Notes under the pieces: model-generated | What the model saw: only the letters and a program-made list of their open reading frames with translations | What the model was told of the DNA's origin: nothing | Databases searched by the model: none | Program-made: the position numbers and the translations under genes | Shown here: positions 19,229-29,418 of the stretch, piece by piece | Layout of the letters: each line of letters begins with the position of its first letter | Numbering within the stretch: position 1 is the stretch's first letter | Assembly (NCBI GenBank): GCA_963663385.2 | Contig: CAXXXD010000003.1 | Coordinates: 1,408,001-1,472,000 of the forward strand | DNA: 64,000 nucleotides | Direction: 5' to 3' | DNA from: Oceanispirochaeta sp. | Lineage (GTDB): Bacteria > Spirochaetota > Spirochaetia > DSM-2461

Positions 19229-21133
19229 TTAGTTTTCCAGATAATCTTTCAGTCTTCGGCTACGTTTGGGATGCCTCAGTCTGCGTAATGCTTTCGCTTC
19301 AATCTGCCGGATTCTCTCTCTAGTTACATTAAAGTACAATCCGACCTCTTCCAAGGTCAGAGAATACCCGTCTTCAAGACCAAACCGCATTTTGAGAACT
19401 TCCTGCTCACGGGGCGGCAGAGTTTCCAATACTTCCTGCAGCTGCTCCTGAAGGATTTTGAAAGCAGTCTGATTGGCAGGATTCTCTACATCCTTATCCT
19501 CAATAAAATCACCGAGGAGCGAGTCTTCCTCTTCCCCAATGGGAGTTTCCAGAGAGATCGGCTCACGAGCAACATTTTTAACGGATTTTACCCGGGATAC
19601 TGTCCAGCCAAGCCTTTCTGCTATTTCCTCGTCTGTAGGCTCCCGTCCTTTTATCTGCATCAGCTGACGGGATTCCCGGACGACTTTATTGATCTGCTCT
19701 ATCATATGAACAGGGACGCGGATTGTTCTGGCCTGATCCGATATAGAACGGGTAATAGCCTGCCGTATCCACCAGGTGGCATAGGTAGAGAATTTGTATC
19801 CCTTCCGATACTCAAATTTTTCTACTGCTTTAATAAGACCGATATTCCCTTCCTGTACAAGATCGAAAAAATGGAGTCCCCGGTTGGTATATTTCTTGGC
19901 TATACTGACAACCAGACGAAGGTTGGCTTTTATCAGCCTGTCCTTGGCATTCTTCATCATGGTGCGCCCATGATTTATATCCTGGGCTTTTACAAGGATA
20001 TCATCAGCTACATTTTCAAATTCAACTTCCAGATCGTAGAGCTGTTTTTCTGCAACCTGCACCTGTCTGATAAGCTCCTTGATTTCATCGCTTGTTAAAC
20101 CAAGGTTGTCTTCGATTTCCTGACGTTTTGAACGGGAAGCCAGACCTCTTCCCAGGTTCCGGACTTCTTTCATATTTTTTACACGGAGAGTCCGTTCTAT
20201 CTTATCCTGCTTTCGCCGGTACTGCTTTATTTTTTTTGAAGCATTAATATATTTTTCTGAAAGATAGAAGATTTCTTCCTGATGAATATCAATTTTTATA
20301 ATGTCTTCCAGAAGATCCTTTCTCTTACCTATCAGTTTTTTATCGGAAATAATATCGCCATCAGTAGAAGCGATCTTTTCTTTCATATCCATATAATTCT
20401 TCAAACTGGGAAAGATCGATTTAAGAGGCTCACGGTAATATTGATTCAAGCGTCGTTTCTCTGCCAGATAGTCAGAGATCTCTTTCTTTGAAAAATTCAT
20501 ATCCCTGGGATCGGCCTTGGAAAAGGCCTTCTGAGCCAGTATATAAAACTCGGGAATGATCATACCGGAAGTTTTGAGAATATTCTTGATAATCTCCTCA
20601 CCCTCCTCCATCTGCTTGGAGAGCTCAACTTCCTGTTGGGCAGTCAGAAGATTCTCTTTACCGATCTCCCGAAGATACAAACGGATAGGATCATCTATGG
20701 ACGCTTCCTTCTCATTAAAAACAAGTTTTTTTGTATCGTCGTCGGAATCGTCCTCCTTATCAAGATCCAGCTCATCTTCATCGATAATACCTTCATCGTC
20801 ACCGGTTATATCGACTGTATCGCTATCCAGATCTTCCGAGGTGGCAGAACTCGCTCCATCGACAATGATCGGTTCATCATCCAAATCGTCCAGATCATCA
20901 CTATCAATATCGTCATCAAGCTCTTCTTCCTGATCCACCTCATCCATAGAAGGTTCATCTTCCATAATAGTGATATTCTGGTTTTCCAGAAGAGAGATAA
21001 CTTCTTCGATTTTCTCGGAATTCACGATATTGTCGGGAAGCAACTCGTTCATTTCATCATAAGTTATACGTTTTTTATCTTTTACATATTCTAAAAGTCT
21101 AGCAATTGCGGGGTCAGTATTGATTTCTGACAT
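19229..21133 (-). CDS. rpoD: primary sigma factor RpoD
   Basis: [40 protein letters not shown]; follows dnaG. Confidence 0.98.
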   Translation of the reverse strand: MSEINTDPAIARLLEYVKDKKRITYDEMNELLPDNIVNSEKIEEVISLLENQNITIMEDEPSMDEVDQEEELDDDIDSDDLDDLDDEPIIVDGASSATSEDLDSDTVDITGDDEGIIDEDELDLDKEDDSDDDTKKLVFNEKEASIDDPIRLYLREIGKENLLTAQQEVELSKQMEEGEEIIKNILKTSGMIIPEFYILAQKAFSKADPRDMNFSKKEISDYLAEKRRLNQYYREPLKSIFPSLKNYMDMKEKIASTDGDIISDKKLIGKRKDLLEDIIKIDIHQEEIFYLSEKYINASKKIKQYRRKQDKIERTLRVKNMKEVRNLGRGLASRSKRQEIEDNLGLTSDEIKELIRQVQVAEKQLYDLEVEFENVADDILVKAQDINHGRTMMKNAKDRLIKANLRLVVSIAKKYTNRGLHFFDLVQEGNIGLIKAVEKFEYRKGYKFSTYATWWIRQAITRSISDQARTIRVPVHMIEQINKVVRESRQLMQIKGREPTDEEIAERLGWTVSRVKSVKNVAREPISLETPIGEEEDSLLGDFIEDKDVENPANQTAFKILQEQLQEVLETLPPREQEVLKMRFGLEDGYSLTLEEVGLYFNVTRERIRQIEAKALRRLRHPKRSRRLKDYLEN

Positions 21134-22905
21134 TAGTCCCTCACCTTCAAATCTACAATTTCTTGATCCAGGGATTTTTTTTCATTGATAAGCTCGTTAA
21201 TCATATCCCAGGACATATTTTCTTTTTCGGCACGATTAAGTAACCGACTAATTTCCAGACTCCTGTTTTTAAGGTGTCTGACTCTAATTAACTGCAGGAT
21301 ATCCTGCATCAGTACTTCAGCATTCTCATCAATTTCACCGGTGGACATTTTTTCCAGCAAATCCCTGCGGATAGATTCATCCTCTATTCTTGACAATAAC
21401 TGCTCAGTGCTGCTTTCATTGCTTTCTATACTATCATTGAGGGCTTCATATAGAATTATGGCCCTCCTGTCATGAAAGTCAAATCCACTGACGCTCTCCT
21501 TCAAATACGGGAAAAAATCCCTGTTGAGAGCAACAACCAATAAGAGAAAAAATTCATCTGTCATTTTCTGATTCTGAATCGGTTCGGGTGCTTTTTCTTT
21601 AACGTTTCTCCTGGAACTGTTTGTATGCCGACTCATTTCCACAACAAGAGCTTTATTGTTCACTCCTAACATTTCTGCCAGCATTCCAAGACATGCATCC
21701 TTCTTTATTTCAGAAGCAATTGATTCAATATATGGAAAAAGTTCCTTAACTACCTGTTCTTTGCCCTCCGGTGTTCTTGTGTTATGAGATGCCATTGTAA
21801 AATCTAACAGAAATTCAAAAACTTGCACAGGGCTTCTCACCAGTTTTTTTAAGGTTTCAGGCCCTTCTTTTTCAATTATTTCGGCTGGATCACTCTTTTC
21901 CGGCAATTTAACAACCTGAAGCTGCAATCCCATCCTTTCAGTGATCATAGCCGCTTTGTATGTCGCAGCAATGCCGGCAGCATCACTATCAAAAATCACA
22001 TAACCTCTGGAAGAGTATCGCTTCAGCAGTTTTGCCTGCCCCTCAGTGAATGCTGTTCCCAGGGGAGCAACCGCCGTATCAATTCCTACTTGATGAAGAG
22101 CCAGCACATCCACATTCCCTTCACAAAGATAGAATTCTTTTGACCGTCTCAACCCCTCCCGACTCTGCCATATACCGTAAAGAAGATCACTTTTCTTGTA
22201 TAAAACCGTTTCTGGCGAGTTTATATATTTAGGAGTTTTTACATCCTCTTTCATCGTCCGGCCGCTAAACGCCACAACATCTCCCTGGTTGGAATAAACA
22301 GGGAACATTAGACGATCAGAAAACAGACAGCGTCTCGGATTCTTCCGGGTAAATAAACCGGATTCCAGCAGGAATTGATCAGAATAATTCCTGCTTTTCA
22401 GAAAACCATGCAGCCAGAATGAATCAGCCGGTGCATATCCCAATTGGAATTTCTCAATGGTCTCCTCATGTATCCCCCTGTTTGCCAGATACTGCCTCGC
22501 CCCTGCAGCTTTCGGGTTATTCATAAGGATATAGTGAAAACTTCCCGATACCCGGTTATAGAGTTCTTTCATAGCCCCTTTCAGAGAACTGAAGTCTTCC
22601 GTCTGTCCTGTGTCTTCAGGAATGGCAATGCCTTTTTTTTCAGCAATGAAGCGTACCGCTTCGGGAAAAGTAAGGCTTTCCACATCCATTATGAATTGAA
22701 AAAAACCTCCGCCTTTATGACAGCCAAAACAATAATACATATTTCGATCCGGAATAACGGAAAAAGAGGGAGTTTTTTCATTATGAAACGGACAACACCC
22801 CCAGTATCGGCCCCCTTTACGGGAGAGACTGGTATATTCTCCTACAATCTCCAGAAAATCTACTTTTTCCTGGATCTCTTCAATAACAGATTCCGGTATC
22901 CGCAT
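21133..22905 (-). CDS. dnaG: DNA primase
   Basis: [11 protein letters not shown] zinc finger, KYINSPET, EGxxD, DSD TOPRIM. Confidence 0.98.
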   Translation of the reverse strand: MRIPESVIEEIQEKVDFLEIVGEYTSLSRKGGRYWGCCPFHNEKTPSFSVIPDRNMYYCFGCHKGGGFFQFIMDVESLTFPEAVRFIAEKKGIAIPEDTGQTEDFSSLKGAMKELYNRVSGSFHYILMNNPKAAGARQYLANRGIHEETIEKFQLGYAPADSFWLHGFLKSRNYSDQFLLESGLFTRKNPRRCLFSDRLMFPVYSNQGDVVAFSGRTMKEDVKTPKYINSPETVLYKKSDLLYGIWQSREGLRRSKEFYLCEGNVDVLALHQVGIDTAVAPLGTAFTEGQAKLLKRYSSRGYVIFDSDAAGIAATYKAAMITERMGLQLQVVKLPEKSDPAEIIEKEGPETLKKLVRSPVQVFEFLLDFTMASHNTRTPEGKEQVVKELFPYIESIASEIKKDACLGMLAEMLGVNNKALVVEMSRHTNSSRRNVKEKAPEPIQNQKMTDEFFLLLVVALNRDFFPYLKESVSGFDFHDRRAIILYEALNDSIESNESSTEQLLSRIEDESIRRDLLEKMSTGEIDENAEVLMQDILQLIRVRHLKNRSLEISRLLNRAEKENMSWDMINELINEKKSLDQEIVDLKVRD

Positions 22906-22911
22906 ATTATC

Positions 22912-23943
22912 CTATTTACTCCTGAAACCGCTTAGATACTGATCACGTGCCTGGTTATGATCGGAGTAGTTACTCGAAAAAGTATGAGTTCCCGCGTCAG
23001 AATTTTTTACGACAAAAAAGAGATAGTCTGTTTGAGCCGGATTAAATGCCGCATCCAATGCGACCTTTCCCGGATTTGAAATGGGCGCAGGAGGGAGAGA
23101 CTGATTGAAGTAGGTGTTATAGGGGGATTCCAGTTCAAGATCGCTGAGGTAAATCCGCCCGGGATGATCCCTCCCCAACTCCTCTGTCAATACATAAACG
23201 ACAGTGGCGCATGACTGAAGAGGCATTCCAATATTCAGACGATTGTAGAATACCGAGGCCATAAGAGGAGCTTCCTCTTTAACCCGGTACTCCTTCTCAA
23301 TAATGGAAGCAAGGATTATTTTTTCACTCATTTTCCCCGGAGAGAAATCTTTATAATAAGGATAAATGGTCGAGAGTACCGAAAAAAAGTTCTGAACCAT
23401 ATGGCTGATTATTTTTTCGGGAGGAAAATCTTTCTGAAAATAATACGTATCCGGATACAGATATCCCTCCAGGCTATCTCCAGCCACTCCGAGAGATTGA
23501 ATCAGTTCAGTAGATTTCAACAAATCCCCGAAGGCATCCTCAGATGAAATTATCCCGTTTTTTTTAAGGATTAAAGCGATCTGCCTGGATGTGAGTCCTT
23601 CGGGAATAGTTATCTTATAAAGATCTTGACGCCCTTTTTCAAGAACCGCCAGTATTTCAAAAGGAGTCATACCCGGGTTCAGCTCATACTTCCCGTTTTT
23701 AACGACTGAAGAATTAAAAAAACGAACATACACCTTAACAACATTCGCATTACGTATCAGAGAAAGGGATTCCAGTCTTTCAAGAACAGAAAAGAGAGAC
23801 TCCCCTTTCCCTATCTCAAAATCAACATTTTCCGAAACGGATTCTGTGTCGAAAGCCCTCATATTATTAAAATAGTAAAACATACAACCTGCTGCGGATA
23901 GTAAAATCAGGAGCAGAAAAACAATTGATACATTTTTGGCCAA
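22912..23943 (-). CDS. mltG: endolytic transglycosylase MltG (YceG)
   Basis: TIPEG, LEGYLYPDTY, ASIIEKE, SPYNTY, PISNPG; TTG start. Confidence 0.95.
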   Translation of the reverse strand: MAKNVSIVFLLLILLSAAGCMFYYFNNMRAFDTESVSENVDFEIGKGESLFSVLERLESLSLIRNANVVKVYVRFFNSSVVKNGKYELNPGMTPFEILAVLEKGRQDLYKITIPEGLTSRQIALILKKNGIISSEDAFGDLLKSTELIQSLGVAGDSLEGYLYPDTYYFQKDFPPEKIISHMVQNFFSVLSTIYPYYKDFSPGKMSEKIILASIIEKEYRVKEEAPLMASVFYNRLNIGMPLQSCATVVYVLTEELGRDHPGRIYLSDLELESPYNTYFNQSLPPAPISNPGKVALDAAFNPAQTDYLFFVVKNSDAGTHTFSSNYSDHNQARDQYLSGFRSK

Positions 23944-24120
23944 TTACGGCTCTCCTTCTTCATTCTTTTGCAATAGATTTGTAATTTCTTGAATTGTGAA
24001 ATTCGCGTAAACAAATTTTTCCATCTTACCCGCTACATCTTTTAGTGAAGCGTCCAGAGCATCATAATGATCAGAAAGATACAGGTACAGGGTCAGGATT
24101 TCCTGTCGGTCAAATTGCAT
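23944..24120 (-). CDS. small hypothetical protein, 58 aa (not in ORF track)
   Basis: Manual translation MQFDRQEILTLYLYLSDHYDALDASLKDVAGKMEKFVYANFTIQEITNLLQKNEEGEP*; fills the gap and its stop abuts the mltG start. Confidence 0.75.
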   Translation of the reverse strand: MQFDRQEILTLYLYLSDHYDALDASLKDVAGKMEKFVYANFTIQEITNLLQKNEEGEP

Positions 24121-24146
24121 ATCCAGATTTACACCATCTATTTATA

Positions 24147-25091
24147 TTAAAAAAATATTTCCAGTCCCTCTTTGGCAAGACTCACATTAACTTCAGGCAA
24201 CCCCTTCGAACGCTGAGTATACCACCTGGCAGATCGCTGTATGGATGACATCTTTTTATCATCATAAAGGGGCTCATGATGAAACAGATACAAATCCCTG
24301 ATACCAAACTCTATGGCAAAATCCACAGCCATACTATAGGAAGAGTGCCCCCAGTCGTACTTTTCAAAGGCTTCTCCTAATGTATATTGAGCATCAAGGA
24401 TTATGGCATCCGCGTCCTGAAAAAAGGCCAGATTTTTTTCCGTTCTTTGAAAATCCTTCTGCCTGAGCTCCGTATCGGTCGAGTAAATAATGCTGTGATC
24501 ATTCTGAGAAATCTTATAGGCAAAAGAACCGTTGGGATGACTCCTCTTGATCCAGCTGATCCGGCTATCCCCCAAAGCCATTTCATTCCCTGTCAGTACA
24601 TGAAATTCGATATTTGCATTAAAAGAATCAAACCCGACAGGGTGATAGGGACGCTTCATGAAAGAATTAAGAATTTCTTCCATTTTAGGATAGGGACTGT
24701 AAAAGTGTATTTCTGAGGCGGGATCGTACATCGCACCAAAATATGGCAAACCCAGAAGGTGGTCATAATGAAAATGACTGAAAAAAATATGGTAGGTCTT
24801 AATATGCTCATGATGCTTCTTTACTGTCCGTTCCATCTCACGGAGTCCGGTTCCACAGTCCAATATTACAATTTCATCATCATGCAGGCGGGCTTCCACA
24901 CATGCCGTATTTCCACCGGTAGTACCAAAAAGGTATTCCGGCAGATGGGAAAGAAACAATTCTCGTGATTCCTGAGATACAAGATCGGATGGTTTAACTC
25001 TCTGAATGACGGCAGCGATTTTATTTCTTACTGCATCCGGAGCGAGCGGAGTCGGAGAAGACCCCCTTACACCCCATATTTTTATTCTCAT
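24147..25091 (-). CDS. MBL-fold metallo-hydrolase (phosphodiesterase-like)
   Basis: WGVRGS, GGNTAC, DCGTG, SHFHYDH, TDTE, GHS, FHH. Confidence 0.9.
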   Translation of the reverse strand: MRIKIWGVRGSSPTPLAPDAVRNKIAAVIQRVKPSDLVSQESRELFLSHLPEYLFGTTGGNTACVEARLHDDEIVILDCGTGLREMERTVKKHHEHIKTYHIFFSHFHYDHLLGLPYFGAMYDPASEIHFYSPYPKMEEILNSFMKRPYHPVGFDSFNANIEFHVLTGNEMALGDSRISWIKRSHPNGSFAYKISQNDHSIIYSTDTELRQKDFQRTEKNLAFFQDADAIILDAQYTLGEAFEKYDWGHSSYSMAVDFAIEFGIRDLYLFHHEPLYDDKKMSSIQRSARWYTQRSKGLPEVNVSLAKEGLEIFF

Positions 25092-25117
25092 CCCATCCCC
25101 CGAAGAACACCAAAATA

Positions 25118-25558
25118 TTAACGCGGCCTGTAGGGTTTTTCCTTCTCCCTCTTTTCCAGCCAGTCGTTAATCGCTTTTTCCTTATGAAGCTTTCCCTGAT
25201 TCATACCCGGACAGTGCTTAGCCTCCTCAGCCCAGGACTCTGCCGAATCCATAATGTTAGGCCAGAAAGGATAGCTTCTGCACTGCAGGGGACGGGCCTG
25301 GTAGATTTCACAACCCACACCATCCAGCCAGAAAACACAATCATAATTGCTCTTCTCAACCAGGGTAACCTTTTTAAAAAAACCGATATCTACTATTTTA
25401 CAGTATTTTTTCAGAAAATCTTCTTCTGATATCGATAAATAATCCACAGCCTGCTTTACATCATTCTCAGAGAGAAAAACATAGCCAGGCTCGTGACGAC
25501 AACAATGACCGCACTGAGTACAACTGAATTGTAAACCATTTTTATAAAAACTACTCAT
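25118..25558 (-). CDS. YkgJ-family cysteine-cluster protein
   Basis: CTQCGHCC...CVF...CEIYQARPLQCRSYPFW...CPG. Confidence 0.9.
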   Translation of the reverse strand: MSSFYKNGLQFSCTQCGHCCRHEPGYVFLSENDVKQAVDYLSISEEDFLKKYCKIVDIGFFKKVTLVEKSNYDCVFWLDGVGCEIYQARPLQCRSYPFWPNIMDSAESWAEEAKHCPGMNQGKLHKEKAINDWLEKREKEKPYRPR

Positions 25559-25570
25559 AATTTAATACTA

Positions 25571-25598
25571 AAAAAAGCCTTCTCATAAGAGAAGGCTT
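25571..25598 (-). terminator. intrinsic terminator of the tRNA operon
   Basis: AAGCCTTCTC-TTAT-GAGAAGGCTT followed by a T run on the minus strand. Confidence 0.85.
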
Positions 25599-25601
25599 GA
25601 A

Positions 25602-25682
25602 TGGGGAGAGAAGGATTTGAACCTTCGAAGCCGAAGCAACAGATTTACAGTCTGCCCCCTTTGACCACTCGGGAACCTCCCC
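25602..25682 (-). tRNA. tRNA-Tyr(GTA), copy 2
   Basis: GGGGAGGTTCCCGAGTGGTCAAAGGGGGCAGACTGTAAATCTG...GGTTCAAATCC; long variable arm; no encoded CCA. Confidence 0.97.
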
Positions 25683-25702
25683 AAGTCATTAATGTTTTTT
25701 AT

Positions 25703-25776
25703 AGCCTTCTGTCAGATTCGAACTGACGACCCCGAGATTACAAGTCACGTGCTCTGGCCAGCTGAGCTAAGAAGGC
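25703..25776 (-). tRNA. tRNA-Thr(TGT)
   Basis: GCCTTCTTAGCTCAGCTGGCCAGAGCACGTGACTTGTAATCTCG...GTTCGAAT...AGAAGGCT. Confidence 0.95.
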
Positions 25777-25782
25777 ATTGAG

Positions 25783-25863
25783 TGGGGAGAGAAGGATTTG
25801 AACCTTCGAAGCCGAAGCAACAGATTTACAGTCTGCCCCCTTTGACCACTCGGGAACCTCCCC
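25783..25863 (-). tRNA. tRNA-Tyr(GTA), copy 1
   Basis: Same sequence as 25602-25682. Confidence 0.97.
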
Positions 25864-25916
25864 AAAAACATATATAACTGTATGTCAGTTCGACTAGCGC
25901 CTCGCTGACGTTCAGT

Positions 25917-25945
25917 AAGTTAAATAAATCCCTAAAAAATGTCAA
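25917..25945 (-). promoter_or_regulatory. sigma70 promoter of the tRNA operon
   Basis: TTGACA-17 nt-TAACTT. Confidence 0.7.
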
Positions 25946-26720
25946 TACACTCTGTAATATTTATTTCAGGAATGTTTAAACAAATGACTTCTTCCGGACC
26001 GACAAAAATCACATGTTCAAAATAAGCGCTGTCCGCACCAGACTCAGACGAATAGGATAAATCTTTACATTCTATAACATTAGAATCACCGTCAATTACA
26101 ACAGGCTCTATTGTGCATATAAGATTCTCCCTCCAGATTCCACTATTTTTCTTATTAAAAAAGAAAGGGATTTCCGGTTCGTCATGGACCTGACGGCCCA
26201 CCCCATGCCCACAGGCTCCGGGCACCAGGGAGAAGTCATTCCAGTCAAAATCATTGAGCAGATTTTTCTGCATAACAGAAAAGCCATCACCGGGCCTGAC
26301 AGATTGAATTGCCCGTAGCGAGACATCCCAGGCTCTCTGCACAAGAGCCTGTCTTTCAGAGCTTGTATCACCTACCAGATAGGTCCAGGCGCCATCACTG
26401 AAAACCCGGGAATCACTTAACACAATATCCACTGTAAGGATATCTCCGGGTAAAAGTTTTAAGTCCCCCGGCATGCAGTGAAAGGCACAGGAGTTAACAT
26501 TGATATGAATATGCTCAAGGGAGTATTTGCCATGCCATTGCTCTTCCAGATACCCGGTAAATCGCGATGCCAAATCTCTGGTTGATTGATTGGGAGAAAT
26601 AAACCTCTTTCCCTCCTGCAGGAGGGCATGACTGACCGGACAGAGAATCTTCATCCGTTTCAGCAGGTCTGCATCATCCACATGTTCCGGGATAAACAGA
26701 TCATGAAAAAGGTCCCGCAC
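25932..26720 (-). CDS. M24-family metallopeptidase, methionine aminopeptidase-like (divergent)
   Basis: Metal ligands present: TVD..SDG, GHGVG, TIEP, FEH; GTG start. Confidence 0.85.
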   Translation of the reverse strand: MRDLFHDLFIPEHVDDADLLKRMKILCPVSHALLQEGKRFISPNQSTRDLASRFTGYLEEQWHGKYSLEHIHINVNSCAFHCMPGDLKLLPGDILTVDIVLSDSRVFSDGAWTYLVGDTSSERQALVQRAWDVSLRAIQSVRPGDGFSVMQKNLLNDFDWNDFSLVPGACGHGVGRQVHDEPEIPFFFNKKNSGIWRENLICTIEPVVIDGDSNVIECKDLSYSSESGADSAYFEHVIFVGPEEVICLNIPEINITECIDIF

Positions 26721-26722
26721 AG

Positions 26723-27100
26723 CTAACCCCTGATCAAGTCGGCTCTAAGCTCGGTAGCTTTCCCCAAATATACAGGCTGAACCCTGGAATCATCACTATC
26801 CCTGTTAAAAGTAATCAGAACACGAAGCATCCGCTCCTGCGGAAAATCCACACAAACCGGTTCCTGAGTACAGAAGAGAGGGACGCTGCCGATACCGGCG
26901 CCAACCCTCAGCGCTTTGGCTGGATTATAGGAGATATCCGGAGTCTGTGAAAAAAGAATACTGATAATACTATCTTCACAGAATTTATTTTTCTCCTGCA
27001 GTTTCCGAAATAGAAGACACACTTTCTCTCTGAGTTCATCCGGACTGTCAACCTCCAGAGAGACAGCCCCTCTTACTGCTTTAACCATATATAACTCCAT
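26723..27100 (-). CDS. aroH: AroH-class chorismate mutase
   Basis: AVRGA, SILFSxTPD, PAxAxR, PLFCxQE, RVL, VYL..A..LR.DL. Confidence 0.9.
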   Translation of the reverse strand: MELYMVKAVRGAVSLEVDSPDELREKVCLLFRKLQEKNKFCEDSIISILFSQTPDISYNPAKALRVGAGIGSVPLFCTQEPVCVDFPQERMLRVLITFNRDSDDSRVQPVYLGKATELRADLIRG

Positions 27101-27103
27101 TGT

Positions 27104-27451
27104 TTATACTGTTTTTAGAAATGCAAAGATTAAATTAATAGCAAAATACAAAACTCCCAGCAACAGCACCATTATGACATAGCGCAGGTAGAACAAAAAT
27201 CCTGTTTTAGCCCGCCTGACAGTAACGATACTGGCAAGAATAATACCCACAAAGGCTGTGCAGAAAAAGATATAGAAAAAGAAGATCATTAAATCAAATA
27301 TAAAGTATTGGGTTTCATCGGAGAAGCTTTGAAAATTTCCCAGAATATACAGGAAAAAGGTTACAGCACCCATATAGAAAAAAAAGAAAACCAGCCGTGT
27401 TGTTAACCAGGGTAGCCAAATTTTTTTAGTATCAAGAGAAACTCTGTTCAT
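27104..27451 (-). CDS. hypothetical 3-TM membrane protein (start placed at MNRVS)
   Basis: Three hydrophobic segments; TGGTAAAAT -10 box lies 7 nt upstream of this ATG. Confidence 0.7.
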   Translation of the reverse strand: MNRVSLDTKKIWLPWLTTRLVFFFFYMGAVTFFLYILGNFQSFSDETQYFIFDLMIFFFYIFFCTAFVGIILASIVTVRRAKTGFLFYLRYVIMVLLLGVLYFAINLIFAFLKTV

Positions 27452-27562
27452 TGGGCGTATTTTACCATAATCCACAGGAAAGTGCATATCCCGCCTTTCA
27501 GAGCCTGACAGTAATAACGTTTAGTATTGCCAGATGAGGCTTTTAATTTTAGAATCAGGAAT

Positions 27563-28495
27563 ATGACAAAGAAATCATTCAGCTTTATGGATACTGAAAA
27601 CCTGGATATGTCACCCTTTCTAAATCAGATGCATCCCTATTTTATAGATATGAAACCTTTAAACAGTGGAATGTTACCCTCCTTTCCGGATAGAGGCTTT
27701 CCGGTAAAAGCGGTTCTGCTTGATATATACGGAACACTGTTGATTTCCGAAGCAGGAGATATTGGACTTGCCTCACTCAATACCAGAGACTCGAATCCTG
27801 CCCTGATATTTATTAACAATAAAGCGACAGAGCACTCCTATACACAGATCCACAGCATCCTTCATGATTTGATAAGAAAAAATCATAAGATTCAGATTCA
27901 GAAGGATCAGACAATCCGGTATCCAGAGATTGATATTATTTCTATCTGGCAGCAGCTATATGAGTTCATCGAACTGAGAGAGTATTCGATTGAAGACCTG
28001 ATCCAGACATCCCTTCATTTCGAAATGCAAACCAATAAAATCAGTCTTATGCCCGAAACCTCAACATTTCTCAAGGAACTTAAGAAAGCTGGGATACCAA
28101 CCGGGATAGTGTCCAATGCCCAGTTCTATACACCTGTATTTCTCGAACACCTCCTGGGCGACTCATTAAAATCCTTTGGAATCGATGAATCAATCTCCTC
28201 CTGGTCCTACCGGCTCAATCGGGGAAAGCCGGATCTCGAAATATTCTCCCCGCCCATCAGCATCTTAAAAGATCATTACGGCATCAATAGAAGTGAAACA
28301 CTCTACATAGGCAATGATATGCTGAATGATATCTACACAGCTGCTGAATGCGGCCTTAAAACAGCCCTTTTTGCAGGAGACAATCGATCCCTCCGCCTTA
28401 GAATAGATGATCCAAAAGTCAATGGAATGTCCCCTGATTGCACTATAACCGAACTCTTACAAATTCTGCCTTTTATAATGGAAGCAAACAAATGA
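27563..28495 (+). CDS. HAD-superfamily hydrolase
   Basis: LLDIYGTL, VSNA, GKP, IGNDMLND; start moved to ATG 27563 because a promoter overlaps the upstream TTG. Confidence 0.88.
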   Translation: MTKKSFSFMDTENLDMSPFLNQMHPYFIDMKPLNSGMLPSFPDRGFPVKAVLLDIYGTLLISEAGDIGLASLNTRDSNPALIFINNKATEHSYTQIHSILHDLIRKNHKIQIQKDQTIRYPEIDIISIWQQLYEFIELREYSIEDLIQTSLHFEMQTNKISLMPETSTFLKELKKAGIPTGIVSNAQFYTPVFLEHLLGDSLKSFGIDESISSWSYRLNRGKPDLEIFSPPISILKDHYGINRSETLYIGNDMLNDIYTAAECGLKTALFAGDNRSLRLRIDDPKVNGMSPDCTITELLQILPFIMEANK

Positions 28496-29418
28496 AGAAA
28501 CAGAAAAAAATACACGAAGTAACATCTTCTGAAAAAGTAAAACCTGGAAAAAGAAGAAAAAATCCCTTTATCCGGTTTATGAATTTCCTTACCTTTCTGA
28601 TAATTATCGGGTTTTCAGGATTTGTGTTCTACCGGGGATGGGTACAGTTTTCCATACCGGAAAATCATTATGCCCTGGCATTTACAAAAACGGGTGGATA
28701 CGATCAAGCCCTTATGAAAGCCGGTGAATTTAACTGGAGGTGGGAAAATTTGTTTCCCACCAATATGACCCTCCATATTTTTGAGCTCCCCTGGTCCGAT
28801 TGCGAAATTGATATTTCAGGAACCCTCCCCTCAGGCAGCCAGTACGCCAGCCTACTGGAGAACAATAATAGTGATGCGTTTCAGTATAGTATGATTATTT
28901 CTCTTTTATACCGTCTTAATCCGGATAATGCTACACAGATGATTAAGGGAGAGGATTTTCAGTTCAGCCAGATTGAAAACTGGTATACCGAATTAAACCA
29001 TGAAATACGTCTGCTGGCAGCCGAAGCAGTTTTCCTCCACCTGTCAGGCAAATCATACACAGACGGCACCAGTATCAGGACCTATATAAAAGAGAAGATT
29101 CTTGAATTTCACCCGGAAGCAGAAATAAAGGATATTCTTGTAAACAGGATGAGCCTGCCTGACAGAAAGCTTTATGAAGAAACCAGAAATATATACCTTG
29201 CGGGGATTCAGGCCAACAGAGCCTATACTTCAGAACTGGAAAAACAGAATGCCGAGCTGGAAAGACAGCTCAGCAGCAAGATAAATCTGCTGGAAGATTA
29301 CGGAGAAGTTCTAACGGAATATCCTGTTCTCCTTCAATACTTCAATCTGGAAAAAGAGAAAATTGACCCGATGATCCTTAACTGGGAAGAATCGCCCGCG
29401 TCAAATCCTGAATCATAA
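28492..29418 (+). CDS. membrane-anchored hypothetical protein, possibly SPFH/band-7-like
   Basis: ATGA overlap with the HAD gene; basic N-terminus, TM helix, beta-rich region, C-terminal coiled coil. Confidence 0.65.
   Translation: MKKQKKIHEVTSSEKVKPGKRRKNPFIRFMNFLTFLIIIGFSGFVFYRGWVQFSIPENHYALAFTKTGGYDQALMKAGEFNWRWENLFPTNMTLHIFELPWSDCEIDISGTLPSGSQYASLLENNNSDAFQYSMIISLLYRLNPDNATQMIKGEDFQFSQIENWYTELNHEIRLLAAEAVFLHLSGKSYTDGTSIRTYIKEKILEFHPEAEIKDILVNRMSLPDRKLYEETRNIYLAGIQANRAYTSELEKQNAELERQLSSKINLLEDYGEVLTEYPVLLQYFNLEKEKIDPMILNWEESPASNPES

Noticed and set aside
25602..25863. attL/attR of an integrated element
   Set aside because: Both tRNA-Tyr copies are complete, only a tRNA lies between them, and there is no integrase
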